Source: a bacterium (GTDB lineage: Bacteria; Joyebacterota; Joyebacteria; Joyebacterales; Joyebacteraceae). Taken from it: a stretch of DNA of 64,000 bases. Where the stretch lies: the NCBI GenBank assembly GCA_025774245.1, contig JALGWI010000012.1, positions 10,230 to 74,229 on the forward strand. The letters run 5' to 3'. Of the stretch, positions 27,438 to 36,713 are shown piece after piece (the stretch's first letter is position 1; each line of letters begins with the position of its first letter). The translations under genes and the position numbers were made by a program. Under the pieces are notes generated by a model. The model worked only from the letters and a program-made list of their open reading frames with translations. It searched no databases and was not told where the DNA came from.

Positions 27438-28910
27438 TCACGCGCTCTGGTTCCCACCCGGGGGGCGCGCCACGGCCGCCGCGGCCCGGAACAGGCGCGC
27501 GATGACACGCTCGCGGCCCAGGAGCGCAGCGATGCTGCCGAGCGACGGCCCGTGCGTCCGTCCCGTGAGCGCCGCCCGGACCGGCATGTAGAGGTCCCTC
27601 CCCTTCCTCCCCTGCTCCTTCCCGACGCCCTTCAGGATCGCGGTGAAACCGTCCGCCTCGAGCGGACCGTCATCGCCCTCGAGCCTCGCGGCGAGCGCCC
27701 CGAAGAGCGCCGCGGCGCCGTCCCCGGACAGGGGCCCGCGCGCGTCCTCCTCGACCTCGTATCGCCCGTCGTAGAAGAAGGCGATCTCGCGCGGCAGATC
27801 GGTGAGCCGGTCGATCCCCTCGCGAACGAGCTCGACGATCCCGCGGAAGCGCGCGTCGTCGGGCTCGTCGTACCCCGCCGCCTCGACGAGCGGCCTCGCC
27901 AGTCCTACCACGGTGTCGAGCGGCTCCTCCCTGATGTGGTGCGAGTTGATCCAGAGGAGCTTGTCCTCGTCGAACGCCGCCGCACTCGGCGAGACCCGCT
28001 CGAGGCTGAAGCTCTCCACGAGCTCGCCCCGCGCCAGGACGTCCCGGCCCTCGGGATGCGACCACCCGAGGAGCGCGAGGTAGTTCACGAGCGCGCCCGG
28101 GAGGATACCCTCCTCGCGGAACTCGGCCACCGACGTGGCGCCCCTCCTCTTCGAGAGCTTGCTCCTGTCCTTGTCGACGATGAGCGACACGTGGGCGAAG
28201 ACCGGCGGATCGTAGCCGAGCGCCTCGTAGACCATGATCTGGCGCATCGTGTTCGGGAGGTGGTCTTCCGCGCGGATCACGTGCGTGATCTCCATGAGTG
28301 CGTCATCGACGACGACGGCGAAGTTGTAGGTCGGCCGGCCGTCGCTCCTCATGATGATGAAGTCCCCCATCATCTCCTTGCCGAACTCCACGTCCCCGCG
28401 GACGAGATCGCTGACCGTGACGTCATCCGTGGGCCCGTAGAGACGGACGCTCGGGACCCGGCCCTCTCTTCGGAGCGCCTCCTCATCCTCCGCCGTGAGG
28501 TTCCTGCACGTCCCGTCGTACTGCGGGACCCGCTCCTCGGCGCGCGCCCGCTTCCTCTTCCCGTCGAGCTCCTCGTCCGTGCAGTAGCACCGGAACGCCT
28601 TGCCCTCTTCGACGAGGCGGTCCGCGTGCTCCCGGTAGATGTCGAGCCGTTCCGACTGGCGGTACGGCCCGCGCTCGCCGCCGACGTCGGGCCCCTCGTC
28701 CCACGAGAGGCCGAGCCACGCCAGGTCCTCGAGCACGGCCCTCTCCGACTCGGCCGTCGACCGCGCGATGTCGGTGTCCTCGATCCGGAGGACGTACGTG
28801 CCGCCGGCACCCTTCGCGAAGAGCCAGTTGAAGAGCGCCGTCCGCGCGCCGCCGACGTGGAGGTGCCCCGTCGGACTCGGCGCGAACCTCACCCGAACAG
28901 AATCGGTCAT
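27438..28910 (-). CDS. gltX: glutamate--tRNA ligase
   Basis: RVRFAPSPTGHLHVGGARTALFNWLFA (HIGH motif), KLSKRRG (KMSKS motif), 490 aa. Confidence 0.95.
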   Translation of the reverse strand: MTDSVRVRFAPSPTGHLHVGGARTALFNWLFAKGAGGTYVLRIEDTDIARSTAESERAVLEDLAWLGLSWDEGPDVGGERGPYRQSERLDIYREHADRLVEEGKAFRCYCTDEELDGKRKRARAEERVPQYDGTCRNLTAEDEEALRREGRVPSVRLYGPTDDVTVSDLVRGDVEFGKEMMGDFIIMRSDGRPTYNFAVVVDDALMEITHVIRAEDHLPNTMRQIMVYEALGYDPPVFAHVSLIVDKDRSKLSKRRGATSVAEFREEGILPGALVNYLALLGWSHPEGRDVLARGELVESFSLERVSPSAAAFDEDKLLWINSHHIREEPLDTVVGLARPLVEAAGYDEPDDARFRGIVELVREGIDRLTDLPREIAFFYDGRYEVEEDARGPLSGDGAAALFGALAARLEGDDGPLEADGFTAILKGVGKEQGRKGRDLYMPVRAALTGRTHGPSLGSIAALLGRERVIARLFRAAAAVARPPGGNQSA

Positions 28911-28926
28911 GCGTATCCTCTTGGGA

Positions 28927-30546
28927 TCAACTCCCCGTGAGCGTCGGTGCCGGCGCGGTTCCGCCCGGCACCCAGTAGAGGTAGTACTCGTGGAGCGATC
29001 GCACCCTGACCGTCCTCCGCACCCACTCCGGGTACTCCCACGAGGCTATCCGGACGGCCGCCCCGCCGCAAGGGAGCTCCTCGTCGCTCGTCGAGAGGAC
29101 GTAGTAGACGCCCGAGTGGTACGGACACGAGACGTGCCTGAACGACCGCGACCTGGTCCAGTCCTCGGGACTCGCCATCAGCTGCCAGCGCGTGTAGACG
29201 TCCGCGTTCGGAAGGTGGGACCGGTCGCCGACGTACATCACGGTGCTCCCCTCGGGCACGGCTTCCTCGATGTGCTCGGCAAGCTCCGTTTTCATGCTCG
29301 CTGCCTGCGAGTACGTCACGGGGAGGTAGCCGGTGAAGAGGTGGGCGGCGAGCGCCGTCACGACGACACCGATCCACGCGCGGCGAACCCAGGCGCGGGG
29401 AGCGCGACGCCTCGCCAGCTCCGCGGTCCACGTGATGCCGACGCCCGCGGGGATGGCGAGAAGGAATCCCATCGGCAGCATGAAGCGCGCGGGCGCGAAC
29501 CCCGTGGCCGCGACGATGATGGTGTAGTAGGCGGCGGCCGGCAGGAAGATCGTCGCCAGCACGCGCACCCGGCGGGCGCGCACGAGGTGGACGACCCCCA
29601 GCGCCGCGAGAGCGATGCCGGCGGCGGAGAGCACGTACACGAGGCTGGTCCACGCCGAGAGCGCGGTCTCCATCTGCTCGGCCGACGCGCCGACGGCGTC
29701 GTTCGACAGGGTGTAGTTGCTGACGTGGTGGAGCCATCTCGCCGGCTGGGGCAGGATCGCCACGACGACGTACGAGCCGACCGCGGCCACGCCGAAGAGG
29801 AACGCGTGCCGCACGCGCGCGAGGAACGCGGACCCGGGACGGCCCACGAGGAGCACGACCAGGACGGAGCCGAGCACCAGCCCCGCCGCCTGCGTCTTGC
29901 TGCCGACGGCGAGTGCCGCGAAGACGGCCGCCGCCATCAGGTCCCGGGACCGGCCGCCCTCGGTGACGGCGTACCGCCAGAGGGCCACGAACGACATGAC
30001 CCACCAGAAGAGGTAGGGCACGTCGACGTTCGTCGTTCGTCCGTAGTAGGCGAAGGCGCCGCTACCGAGGAGGAGCAGCGTCGCGCACGCGGCGCCCGCC
30101 CTCGTCCACCCGCGGAACCGGATCCGCCAGAAACCGGAGAGGATGCCGATCGCCATCGCGAGGGAGACGATCCGTCCCGCCATGATGAGCGCCGTGAACG
30201 CCATCACCGGGTCGCGGAAACCGTGGGGCCACGCGACCGAGAACGCGCTCACGTCGAAGTTGCCCGTGATGGCGAGGATCACGAAGACGATCGAGTAGAC
30301 CGCGAGGAGCACGATCTGGTGCGCGGCGGGGTAGATGGCGGAGAGCGCCGGATTCGAGTAGTCTCCCACGAACGCGAGCGGCGAGTAGGGTCCCGGAGCG
30401 TCGATGGCGGGAGAGAACTCGCTCGGCATCCCCCACCAGAGGCCGGGGATCAGGAGCGCCAGCGCAAAGAGCATCCACCACGTGCGCGCCCTCGGGAGCG
30501 GGGGTTGATCGGGAGGCTCCGGTGTTCTGTCCCCTCGAAGCTGCAT
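28927..30546 (-). CDS. polytopic membrane protein resembling ArnT/PMT-type (GT-C) glycosyltransferases, with a C-terminal soluble domain
   Basis: Real part starts at the ATG at 30546 (MQLRGDRTPEPPDQ...WWMLFALALLIPGLWWG). About 11 TM helices are followed by a ~130-aa non-membrane tail. The upstream 244 codons of the track ORF overlap the rhomboid gene in another frame. The family call is tentative. Confidence 0.5.
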   Translation of the reverse strand: MQLRGDRTPEPPDQPPLPRARTWWMLFALALLIPGLWWGMPSEFSPAIDAPGPYSPLAFVGDYSNPALSAIYPAAHQIVLLAVYSIVFVILAITGNFDVSAFSVAWPHGFRDPVMAFTALIMAGRIVSLAMAIGILSGFWRIRFRGWTRAGAACATLLLLGSGAFAYYGRTTNVDVPYLFWWVMSFVALWRYAVTEGGRSRDLMAAAVFAALAVGSKTQAAGLVLGSVLVVLLVGRPGSAFLARVRHAFLFGVAAVGSYVVVAILPQPARWLHHVSNYTLSNDAVGASAEQMETALSAWTSLVYVLSAAGIALAALGVVHLVRARRVRVLATIFLPAAAYYTIIVAATGFAPARFMLPMGFLLAIPAGVGITWTAELARRRAPRAWVRRAWIGVVVTALAAHLFTGYLPVTYSQAASMKTELAEHIEEAVPEGSTVMYVGDRSHLPNADVYTRWQLMASPEDWTRSRSFRHVSCPYHSGVYYVLSTSDEELPCGGAAVRIASWEYPEWVRRTVRVRSLHEYYLYWVPGGTAPAPTLTGS

Positions 30547-30587
30547 CTGGCTTCCCTCGAGTTCCCTTCCTGCGAGCGCCGTTGCCG

Positions 30588-31331
30588 TCACCGTCGACGG
30601 CTCAGGCGGATCACCTTCTGCGGCTCGGCCGCGACCCTCTTCCGGCCGATCGCCAGCACGAACACCAGAACGAGACCGGCGGCGAAGCCGCCGATGTGAG
30701 CCATGTAGGCCACGCCCGAGCCCGCGCCCCCGACGCTGACCTGCGAGATCAGCTGCAGGACGATCCAGAATCCGAGCACGACGAACGCGGGCATGTAGAC
30801 GATGCCCCTCCCGAAGAGCACCTTCACCTTGTTGCGCGGGTACTTCACGAGGTACGCGCCGAGTACGCCGGCGATGGCGCCCGATGCTCCGAGCGACGGG
30901 ATCATGGAGTCCCTCGCGACCGCGATGTGCGCGAAGGTCGCGGCGGCGCCGCACACGAGGTAGAAAAGGAGGAAGCGGCCGTGTCCGAGCGTGTCCTCGA
31001 CCTGGTCGCCGAAGATCCAGAGGTACAGCATGTTCCCGATGATGTGCATCCACGAGCCGTGCATGAACATCGCCGTCAGGATCGTGAGCTGGATCGGCAC
31101 GGGACCCCGCGCCTGCGGGATCTCGACGACGTCGCTCCCGAAGGTGACCATCTGCGCCTGGACGAGGTCGACGCCCCGCGTGATCTCGTAGGGGATCGCG
31201 GCCCAGCCGTACGTGAACGCTTCGCCCCCGGCGAGCTGAGCGAGCCACATGACGACGTTCACACCGATGAAGGTCCACACGATGTAGGGCGTGAGGCGTC
31301 TCTCGGTGTTGTCGTCTCCAAGTGGGAACAT
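30588..31331 (-). CDS. rhomboid family intramembrane serine protease
   Basis: ATG at 31331. Motifs: FMHGSWMHIIGNMLYLWIFG, GASGAIAGVLGAY (catalytic Ser), AHIGGFAAG (catalytic His). Confidence 0.85.
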   Translation of the reverse strand: MFPLGDDNTERRLTPYIVWTFIGVNVVMWLAQLAGGEAFTYGWAAIPYEITRGVDLVQAQMVTFGSDVVEIPQARGPVPIQLTILTAMFMHGSWMHIIGNMLYLWIFGDQVEDTLGHGRFLLFYLVCGAAATFAHIAVARDSMIPSLGASGAIAGVLGAYLVKYPRNKVKVLFGRGIVYMPAFVVLGFWIVLQLISQVSVGGAGSGVAYMAHIGGFAAGLVLVFVLAIGRKRVAAEPQKVIRLSRRR

Positions 31332-31345
31332 CGTTCCGCTCCGCG

Positions 31346-31642
31346 TCAGTCGATGTACCCGAGCGACTTCAGCTGATCCCGCACGATCTCCATGTCCTCG
31401 GGCGTGAGCTCGCGATCGACCGGGAGCGTCGCCAGGGGGTGCTTCACGCGGCCCCACTCGACGCGCTCCCAGATGCGCTCGTGGACGTAGTAGAGAACGA
31501 CCCGGATACCATGGAACACGACCGTGATGACGGCCATCGCCTTCCAGTCGCGTGTGATGAAATACGTGATGAGGCCGAGGAGGACGATCCCGAGGATCCG
31601 CCACGTGATCGACTTGGTCCATGAGCGGATCGGGGTGTCCAT
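31346..31642 (-). CDS. DUF2061-like small membrane protein
   Basis: ATG at 31642 is preceded by GGAGG with a 5-nt spacer. SWTKSITWRILGIVLLGLITYFITRDW...VVFHGIRVVLYYVHERIWERVEWG is the characteristic two-helix DUF2061 pattern. Confidence 0.6.
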   Translation of the reverse strand: MDTPIRSWTKSITWRILGIVLLGLITYFITRDWKAMAVITVVFHGIRVVLYYVHERIWERVEWGRVKHPLATLPVDRELTPEDMEIVRDQLKSLGYID

Positions 31643-31709
31643 CGAAACCTCCAGTCTCTGGCCGGATCGGACGGTTCCTCGTCGCCGCACCCCGCCGCCC
31701 CACGCCTCC

Positions 31710-32576
31710 CTACCCGGTCGGCGGGACGACGAGCTCGATCAGCGCCCCGGCGACCCAGGTCGGGGCCGGCGCCCCGTACGCTGATGAGGTGTCGTCGGCG
31801 ACGATGTCGAGGATGCGGCCGTCGAGGGGGCCGAGAAGATAGCGCAGAACCTGCCCCGTGTCACGAGCATCGCTCTTGGCATCCACACAGTGACGATTGT
31901 AGCCCCAGAAGTCGCCTGCGTGAAGGAGTTTCAGGCCCTCCCGGATGCTTTGCTGAGCCAGATTCAGACCGTGTTCGTCGGGCCCCGCCACCTTCTCGGG
32001 CGGATCGCCGTAGCCGATCCCGTGGTGGAACGGGTCCGCCGTGGCCACGACGGCCGCGCCGCGGGCGATCCCGGCGAGATCCTCGATGCCCGGGAGGATC
32101 CCGGGCTTCCCGCCCGCGAGGTACGGGTAGCGGAGGACGAGCTCGGGAGCGGCCCCTCCCCGCTTCTCCGCAGCCACACGCCACAGGAAAAGGAAGTTGT
32201 CCAGAGAGAACTCGGCAAGCCAGTCCTGGCGCCCGGGGAGGCCGGGGCCCTGGATCCCCCAGGCGGCCTCCTTCGTGACGTCGCTCCCGGCGGCGACGCG
32301 AACGCGCGCATCCTCGAGCTCCTCGGTCAGGGCGTGGAGCACGCCGAGCGCGAGAACTCGCTCTGCCCCGCAATCGAGGCATGCGTGGACCGCCGCCGCC
32401 ACCATGTGGCCACAGCCATCGAGCTTCACGTGGGGGAAGATCACGGCGCCGCCGGACGCGAGCGTCGGCGCGAGGTCCCAGGCGCGCCCGGCATCGAGCA
32501 GCCGGTGCGCCCCCTCCTCGCCGAGCGCCATCTGCGCCCCGGCGGCCTCCGCCTTGAAGTCGGGTAGACGAGCCAT
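31710..32576 (-). CDS. hypothetical protein (possibly Memo / class III extradiol dioxygenase-like fold)
   Basis: ATG at 32576. Normal composition. His-containing blocks IFPHVKLDGCGHMVAAAV, LGVLHA and ATADPFHHGIGYG loosely resemble Memo/LigB-type metal-site motifs. The upstream 152 codons of the track ORF are Arg/Ser/Pro-rich and overlap the next gene. Confidence 0.45.
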   Translation of the reverse strand: MARLPDFKAEAAGAQMALGEEGAHRLLDAGRAWDLAPTLASGGAVIFPHVKLDGCGHMVAAAVHACLDCGAERVLALGVLHALTEELEDARVRVAAGSDVTKEAAWGIQGPGLPGRQDWLAEFSLDNFLFLWRVAAEKRGGAAPELVLRYPYLAGGKPGILPGIEDLAGIARGAAVVATADPFHHGIGYGDPPEKVAGPDEHGLNLAQQSIREGLKLLHAGDFWGYNRHCVDAKSDARDTGQVLRYLLGPLDGRILDIVADDTSSAYGAPAPTWVAGALIELVVPPTG

Positions 32577-32601
32577 CGCCGCTCCCGGAACGGCCTCCGA
32601 C

Positions 32602-33819
32602 TTAGGAGGCGCCGCTCCCCCCCCTCCACCGCTTGTACGCGAGCATCCGCTTGGCGAACCAGAGCGTGGGCTTGAGGCTCCACCCGTCGAACTCCCGGGC
32701 GACGTCCTTGAGGAGGTCCGGAATGGCCAGCGACTGCGGGCACTTGGGCACGCACTGCCCGCAGTCGGTGCATTGCGACGCCAGGGCGGTGGGCCCGCCC
32801 ATGAGGCCGCCGCACCAGAAGAGGTAGATGAACCGCGCGCGCTTGTCTCGGAAGACGTGCTTGTTGTTGTAGCTTCCGAAGCACCCGGGGATGTTGACGC
32901 CCGACGGACACGGCATACAGTACTGGCACCCCGTGCAGTCGGTCTTCGTGATCGACCGGTACGCGTCGGCCGCGCGGTCGACGAGCGCGAGCTCCTCGGG
33001 CGTGAGCGAGTTCGGGAGCGCCTCGCCCGCAACGCGGAGGTTCTCCTCGATGTGCGCCTCGTCGTTCATCCCGGAGAGGTTGACCTGCACCTCGGGACGG
33101 TTCCATATCCAGCGGAGCGCCCACTCGGCCGCCGACCGCTTGATCGGCGCCTCGTCCCAGACCGCCTGGACCTCCGGCGGCGCGGACTTCCCGAGGTTCC
33201 CGCCTCGGAGCCCCTCCATCACGATGATCCCGAGCCCCTTCCCCGCCGCGTACTCGAGACCCTCGGTGCCGGCCTGCCGCTTCTCGTCGAGGTAGTTGTA
33301 CTGGATCTGGCAGAACTCCCAATCGTAGGCGTCGACGATCGTCTTGAAGTCCGGAAGGAACCCGTGGAACGAGAACCCGGCGTGGCCGATCCGGCCGTCG
33401 GCCTTCGCGCGGTCCAGGAACTCCGTGACGCCGAACCCCTTCATCTTCTCCCAGCTCGTCCCGTCGAGGGCGTGGACGAGGTAGTAGTCGATGCGGCGGG
33501 TTCTGAGCTTCCCGAGCTGCTCCGTGAGGATCCGCTCCATGTCCTCGGGCTCGTTCGTATTCCACGGGGGGAGCTTCGTGGCAAGGAAAACCTTCTCGCG
33601 GTACCCGTCCCCGAGCGCGCGGCCGACGAACGGCTCGCTCGAGCCCATGTGGTACGGGACGGCCGTGTCGATGTAGTTGACGCCCCTGTCGATCGCGTAG
33701 CGAAGCTGGCGCGTCGCCCGCTCCTCGTCGATCTTCCCGCCCTTCTCCGGCAGGCGCATGCATCCGAATCCGAGGATCGAGAGTTCGTCGCCCGTGCTCT
33801 TCATCGTGCGGTAGAGCAT
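32602..33819 (-). CDS. aldo/keto reductase with C-terminal 4Fe-4S cluster-binding domain
   Basis: ATG at 33819 (MLYRTMKSTGDELSILGFGCMRLP). AKR blocks: YIDTAVPYHMG, IDYYLVHAL. Cys clusters: CTGCQYCMPCPSGV and CTDCGQCVPKCP. Confidence 0.8.
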   Translation of the reverse strand: MLYRTMKSTGDELSILGFGCMRLPEKGGKIDEERATRQLRYAIDRGVNYIDTAVPYHMGSSEPFVGRALGDGYREKVFLATKLPPWNTNEPEDMERILTEQLGKLRTRRIDYYLVHALDGTSWEKMKGFGVTEFLDRAKADGRIGHAGFSFHGFLPDFKTIVDAYDWEFCQIQYNYLDEKRQAGTEGLEYAAGKGLGIIVMEGLRGGNLGKSAPPEVQAVWDEAPIKRSAAEWALRWIWNRPEVQVNLSGMNDEAHIEENLRVAGEALPNSLTPEELALVDRAADAYRSITKTDCTGCQYCMPCPSGVNIPGCFGSYNNKHVFRDKRARFIYLFWCGGLMGGPTALASQCTDCGQCVPKCPQSLAIPDLLKDVAREFDGWSLKPTLWFAKRMLAYKRWRGGSGAS

Positions 33820-33901
33820 CCGTGTGCCCCCTCTGGCGGTTGGATGGTCGCGGCGGTCGTGCGATCGCGGCGGCGCGGCACGAGAGACGGACCGCCGCTC
33901 C

Positions 33902-33930
33902 ATTGTAGTAGAACGGCGGTCCGGTGTCAT
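33902..33930 (-). promoter_or_regulatory. sigma-70 type promoter candidate (ATGACA-N17-TACAAT)
   Basis: Minus strand: -35 ATGACA (33930-33925), 17-nt spacer, -10 TACAAT (33907-33902). It lies between the ispDF stop and the aldo/keto reductase start. Confidence 0.45.
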
Positions 33931-33961
33931 GGGTCCGGTGTGTTCTCGAAGGGGGCCGCCC

Positions 33962-35182
33962 CTACGGGCTCGTCCCGCTGACGACCGCAATCGCGCGCGC
34001 GGAGATCGCGAGTCCCTCGCCTTCGGGACCCGTGCCCTCCGTCGTCGTCGCCTTGACGGAGATCGCGTCCGACCCGATCCCGGCTGCGGCGGCGAGCGCG
34101 CGCCTCATCGCGGACACGTGCGGAGCGATCCTCGGAGCCTCCGCCGTGATCGTGACGTCGACGCTCCGGATCGCGTGCCCCCGCTCCCGGACGATCGCGG
34201 CGACGCGCTCGAGCAGAAACAGGCTCGAGACGTCCTTGTACGCGGGGTCCCCAGGTGGGAAGTGCTGCCCGATGTCGCCGGCCGCGACGGCGCCGAGAAG
34301 CGCGTCCATGATCGCGTGGGTCGCGACGTCGGCGTCCGAGTAGCCTTCGAGTCCTTTCTCGAACGGGATCTCGACGCCGCCCAGAATGAGCCGCCGTCCC
34401 TCGACGAGGCGGTGCGTGTCGCTGCCCGTTCCGACGCGCGCCGCCGCGTCGAGTCCGAGCTCCGCGTTCGCGCGGGCGGCGGCGAGCTCGAGGTCGAGCG
34501 CGGTCGTGACCTTCACGTTCCCCGGTTCGCCCTCGACCACGGAGACCGTTCCTCCCGCCGCCTCCACGGCCGCGGCGTCGTCGGTGATGGCCGCGCCGCC
34601 GAGAGCGATGTACGCCTCCCTGAGGACGCTGCGCGAGAACCCCTGGGGCGTCTGCGCCAGGCCGAGGACCGAGCGGTCGAGCGTCGCGACGACCGCGCCG
34701 TCCTCGACGCGCTTCACCGTGTCCGGAACCGGCGCGACGGGTACGGCCGCGCCCGAGTCCCTCGCCGCCACGAGCACCCGCGCCACGAGCTCGTCCGACG
34801 CGAACGGGCGCGCGGCGTCGTGCACGAGGACGACCTCCGCCGCCTGCGACAGAGCTGCGAGCCCGCGCTCGACCGAGTCCTGCCGGCGGTCGCCGCCAGG
34901 CACGACGGCGACGCGCTTCCCGTCGAGCAGATCGCCGTCCCAGCCGGCCTCGCGGAGAAGCCGCTCGGCCGTCGAGACGTAATCGGCGGGCGCCACGACG
35001 ACGGCCTCCGCCGAGACACCGAGCACGGCGCGGAGCGACCGGACGAACATCGGCGCGAGGCCGAGGCGCTGGAACTGCTTCGGGACCGCGGCGCCGGTCC
35101 TCGTCGAGGACCCCGCGGCCACGAGCACCGCGCCGACTCCCTCTGCCGTCGTGCCGTTGGGGGTCACGTTCGCCTCCTCCAT
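33962..35182 (-). CDS. ispDF: bifunctional 2-C-methyl-D-erythritol 4-phosphate cytidylyltransferase / 2-C-methyl-D-erythritol 2,4-cyclodiphosphate synthase
   Basis: IspD half: AVLVAAGSSTRTG..PKQF, VLVHDAARPF, QTPQGF. IspF half: RVGTGSDTHRL, GYSDADVATHAIMDALLGA, TITAEAPRIAPH. Confidence 0.9.
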   Translation of the reverse strand: MEEANVTPNGTTAEGVGAVLVAAGSSTRTGAAVPKQFQRLGLAPMFVRSLRAVLGVSAEAVVVAPADYVSTAERLLREAGWDGDLLDGKRVAVVPGGDRRQDSVERGLAALSQAAEVVLVHDAARPFASDELVARVLVAARDSGAAVPVAPVPDTVKRVEDGAVVATLDRSVLGLAQTPQGFSRSVLREAYIALGGAAITDDAAAVEAAGGTVSVVEGEPGNVKVTTALDLELAAARANAELGLDAAARVGTGSDTHRLVEGRRLILGGVEIPFEKGLEGYSDADVATHAIMDALLGAVAAGDIGQHFPPGDPAYKDVSSLFLLERVAAIVRERGHAIRSVDVTITAEAPRIAPHVSAMRRALAAAAGIGSDAISVKATTTEGTGPEGEGLAISARAIAVVSGTSP

Positions 35183-35230
35183 GGGCGCGTGCGTCCTCGC
35201 TGGCGCACGCCTCGACCCGGCGTCAGTCCG

Positions 35231-36649
35231 TCACAGCTCGGGAACGGCGGCCGCGGAGGTCTCGCGCTTCTCGCCCCCGCGCCGCTTCCCGATCGCGGCG
35301 TCGATCGCCTCGCGGATCGTTCCGACCTCGACGAGTTCGATCCCCTTCGGGCGCTCGCCGGCGGCGATCGCGTGCTTCGGGAGGATGATCCTCTCGTAGC
35401 CGAGCCGCTCCGCTTCCTGCGCCCGCTTCGCGGCGAGCGTCACGCGCCGGACCTCGCCCCCGAGGCCGATCTCACCGAAGACCACGGTGCGCTCGTCGAT
35501 CGGCACGTCCCAGTAGCTCGACGCGACGGCGAGGGCGATCCCGAGGTCGGTGGCCGGCTCCTCGACGCGGACGCCGCCCGCCACGCTCACGAAGACGTCG
35601 CGGTTCCCGAGCGAGAGGCCGCCGCGCCGTTCGAGGACAGCGAGGATGAGCGGAAGTCTCCTCCGGTCGACCCCGGTGCTCGACCGCTGCGGCGTCGAGT
35701 AGTTCGTGAGTCCCGTGAGGGCCTGAATCTCGACCATGAGCGCGCGCGTGCCCTCGATGCTGCCGATCACGATCGATCCCGACCCGTCGCCGCGCTCGCG
35801 CGAGACGAAGAGCGACGAGGGGTCGCTCACCTCTGCGAGCCCGTCGGCGGTCATCTCGAAGACGCCGATCTCGTCGGTCGAGCCGTACCGGTTCTTGACG
35901 GCCCGGAGGATGCGGAACGCGAGGTGCTTGTCGCCCTCGAAGTAGAGGACCGTGTCGACCATGTGCTCGAGTATCCGGGGACCAGCGATCGCGCCCTGCT
36001 TCGTCACGTGGCCGATGAGGAAGACGGGCGTCGCCGTCTCCTTCGCCAGGCGCACGAGCGCGGCGGCCGACTCGCGGACCTGCGAGACGCTTCCCGGCGA
36101 TCCGCCGACGTCCGGGACGTAGGCCGTCTGGATGGAGTCGAGGATCACGACGCCCGGCGACATCGACACGGCGACATCGATCACGCGCGATGCGTCGGTC
36201 TCGGTGAGAACCTGGATCGTCTTCGAATCGACGCCGAGTCTCCGCGCCCGCATGCGGATCTGCGAGCCCGACTCCTCGCCCGTTACGTAGAGCACCACCT
36301 CGCCCGTCCGCGCGAGCGCGTCGCTCACCTGGAGGAGGAGCGTCGACTTCCCGATGCCGGGGTCGCCCCCGACGAGCACGACGCTTCCGGGAACGATTCC
36401 GCCGCCGAGGACGCGGTCGAGCTCGCCGATCCCCGTCGTCAGCCGCTCCGAGCGGTCCGCCTCGATGTCCGAGAGCGCGACCGGCTCGGGCCGCTGGCCG
36501 CTGCCGCGCGAGAGCGAGGACGACGGCGCGCGCGTCACCTCCTGCTCGACCAACGCGTTCCACTGGCCGCAGCCGGGGCACTTCCCGAGCCACTTGGGCG
36601 ACTCGTGCCCGCAGTCTTTGCAGAAGAAGATGCTTCGTTTCTTCGCCAT
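35231..36649 (-). CDS. radA: DNA repair protein RadA
   Basis: ATG at 36649 is preceded by GGGGGGAGG. Zinc finger FFCKDCGHESPKWLGKCPGCGQWN, Walker A GGDPGIGKSTLLLQ, KNRYGSTDE, Lon-like C-domain. Confidence 0.95.
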   Translation of the reverse strand: MAKKRSIFFCKDCGHESPKWLGKCPGCGQWNALVEQEVTRAPSSSLSRGSGQRPEPVALSDIEADRSERLTTGIGELDRVLGGGIVPGSVVLVGGDPGIGKSTLLLQVSDALARTGEVVLYVTGEESGSQIRMRARRLGVDSKTIQVLTETDASRVIDVAVSMSPGVVILDSIQTAYVPDVGGSPGSVSQVRESAAALVRLAKETATPVFLIGHVTKQGAIAGPRILEHMVDTVLYFEGDKHLAFRILRAVKNRYGSTDEIGVFEMTADGLAEVSDPSSLFVSRERGDGSGSIVIGSIEGTRALMVEIQALTGLTNYSTPQRSSTGVDRRRLPLILAVLERRGGLSLGNRDVFVSVAGGVRVEEPATDLGIALAVASSYWDVPIDERTVVFGEIGLGGEVRRVTLAAKRAQEAERLGYERIILPKHAIAAGERPKGIELVEVGTIREAIDAAIGKRRGGEKRETSAAAVPEL

Positions 36650-36713
36650 CCTCCCCCCCTCCTCCCTTGAGTCCTCGGTCGCGACGCGCTGTCGGCGCGG
36701 CGCCCGGGCGTGG

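Noticed and set aside
30588-31331. Rhomboid as a rhombosortase (a second protein-sorting system)
   Set aside because: The protein has standard GlpG-type length and motifs. I saw no GlyGly-CTERM-type cargo in the window, so nothing supports the specialised assignment.
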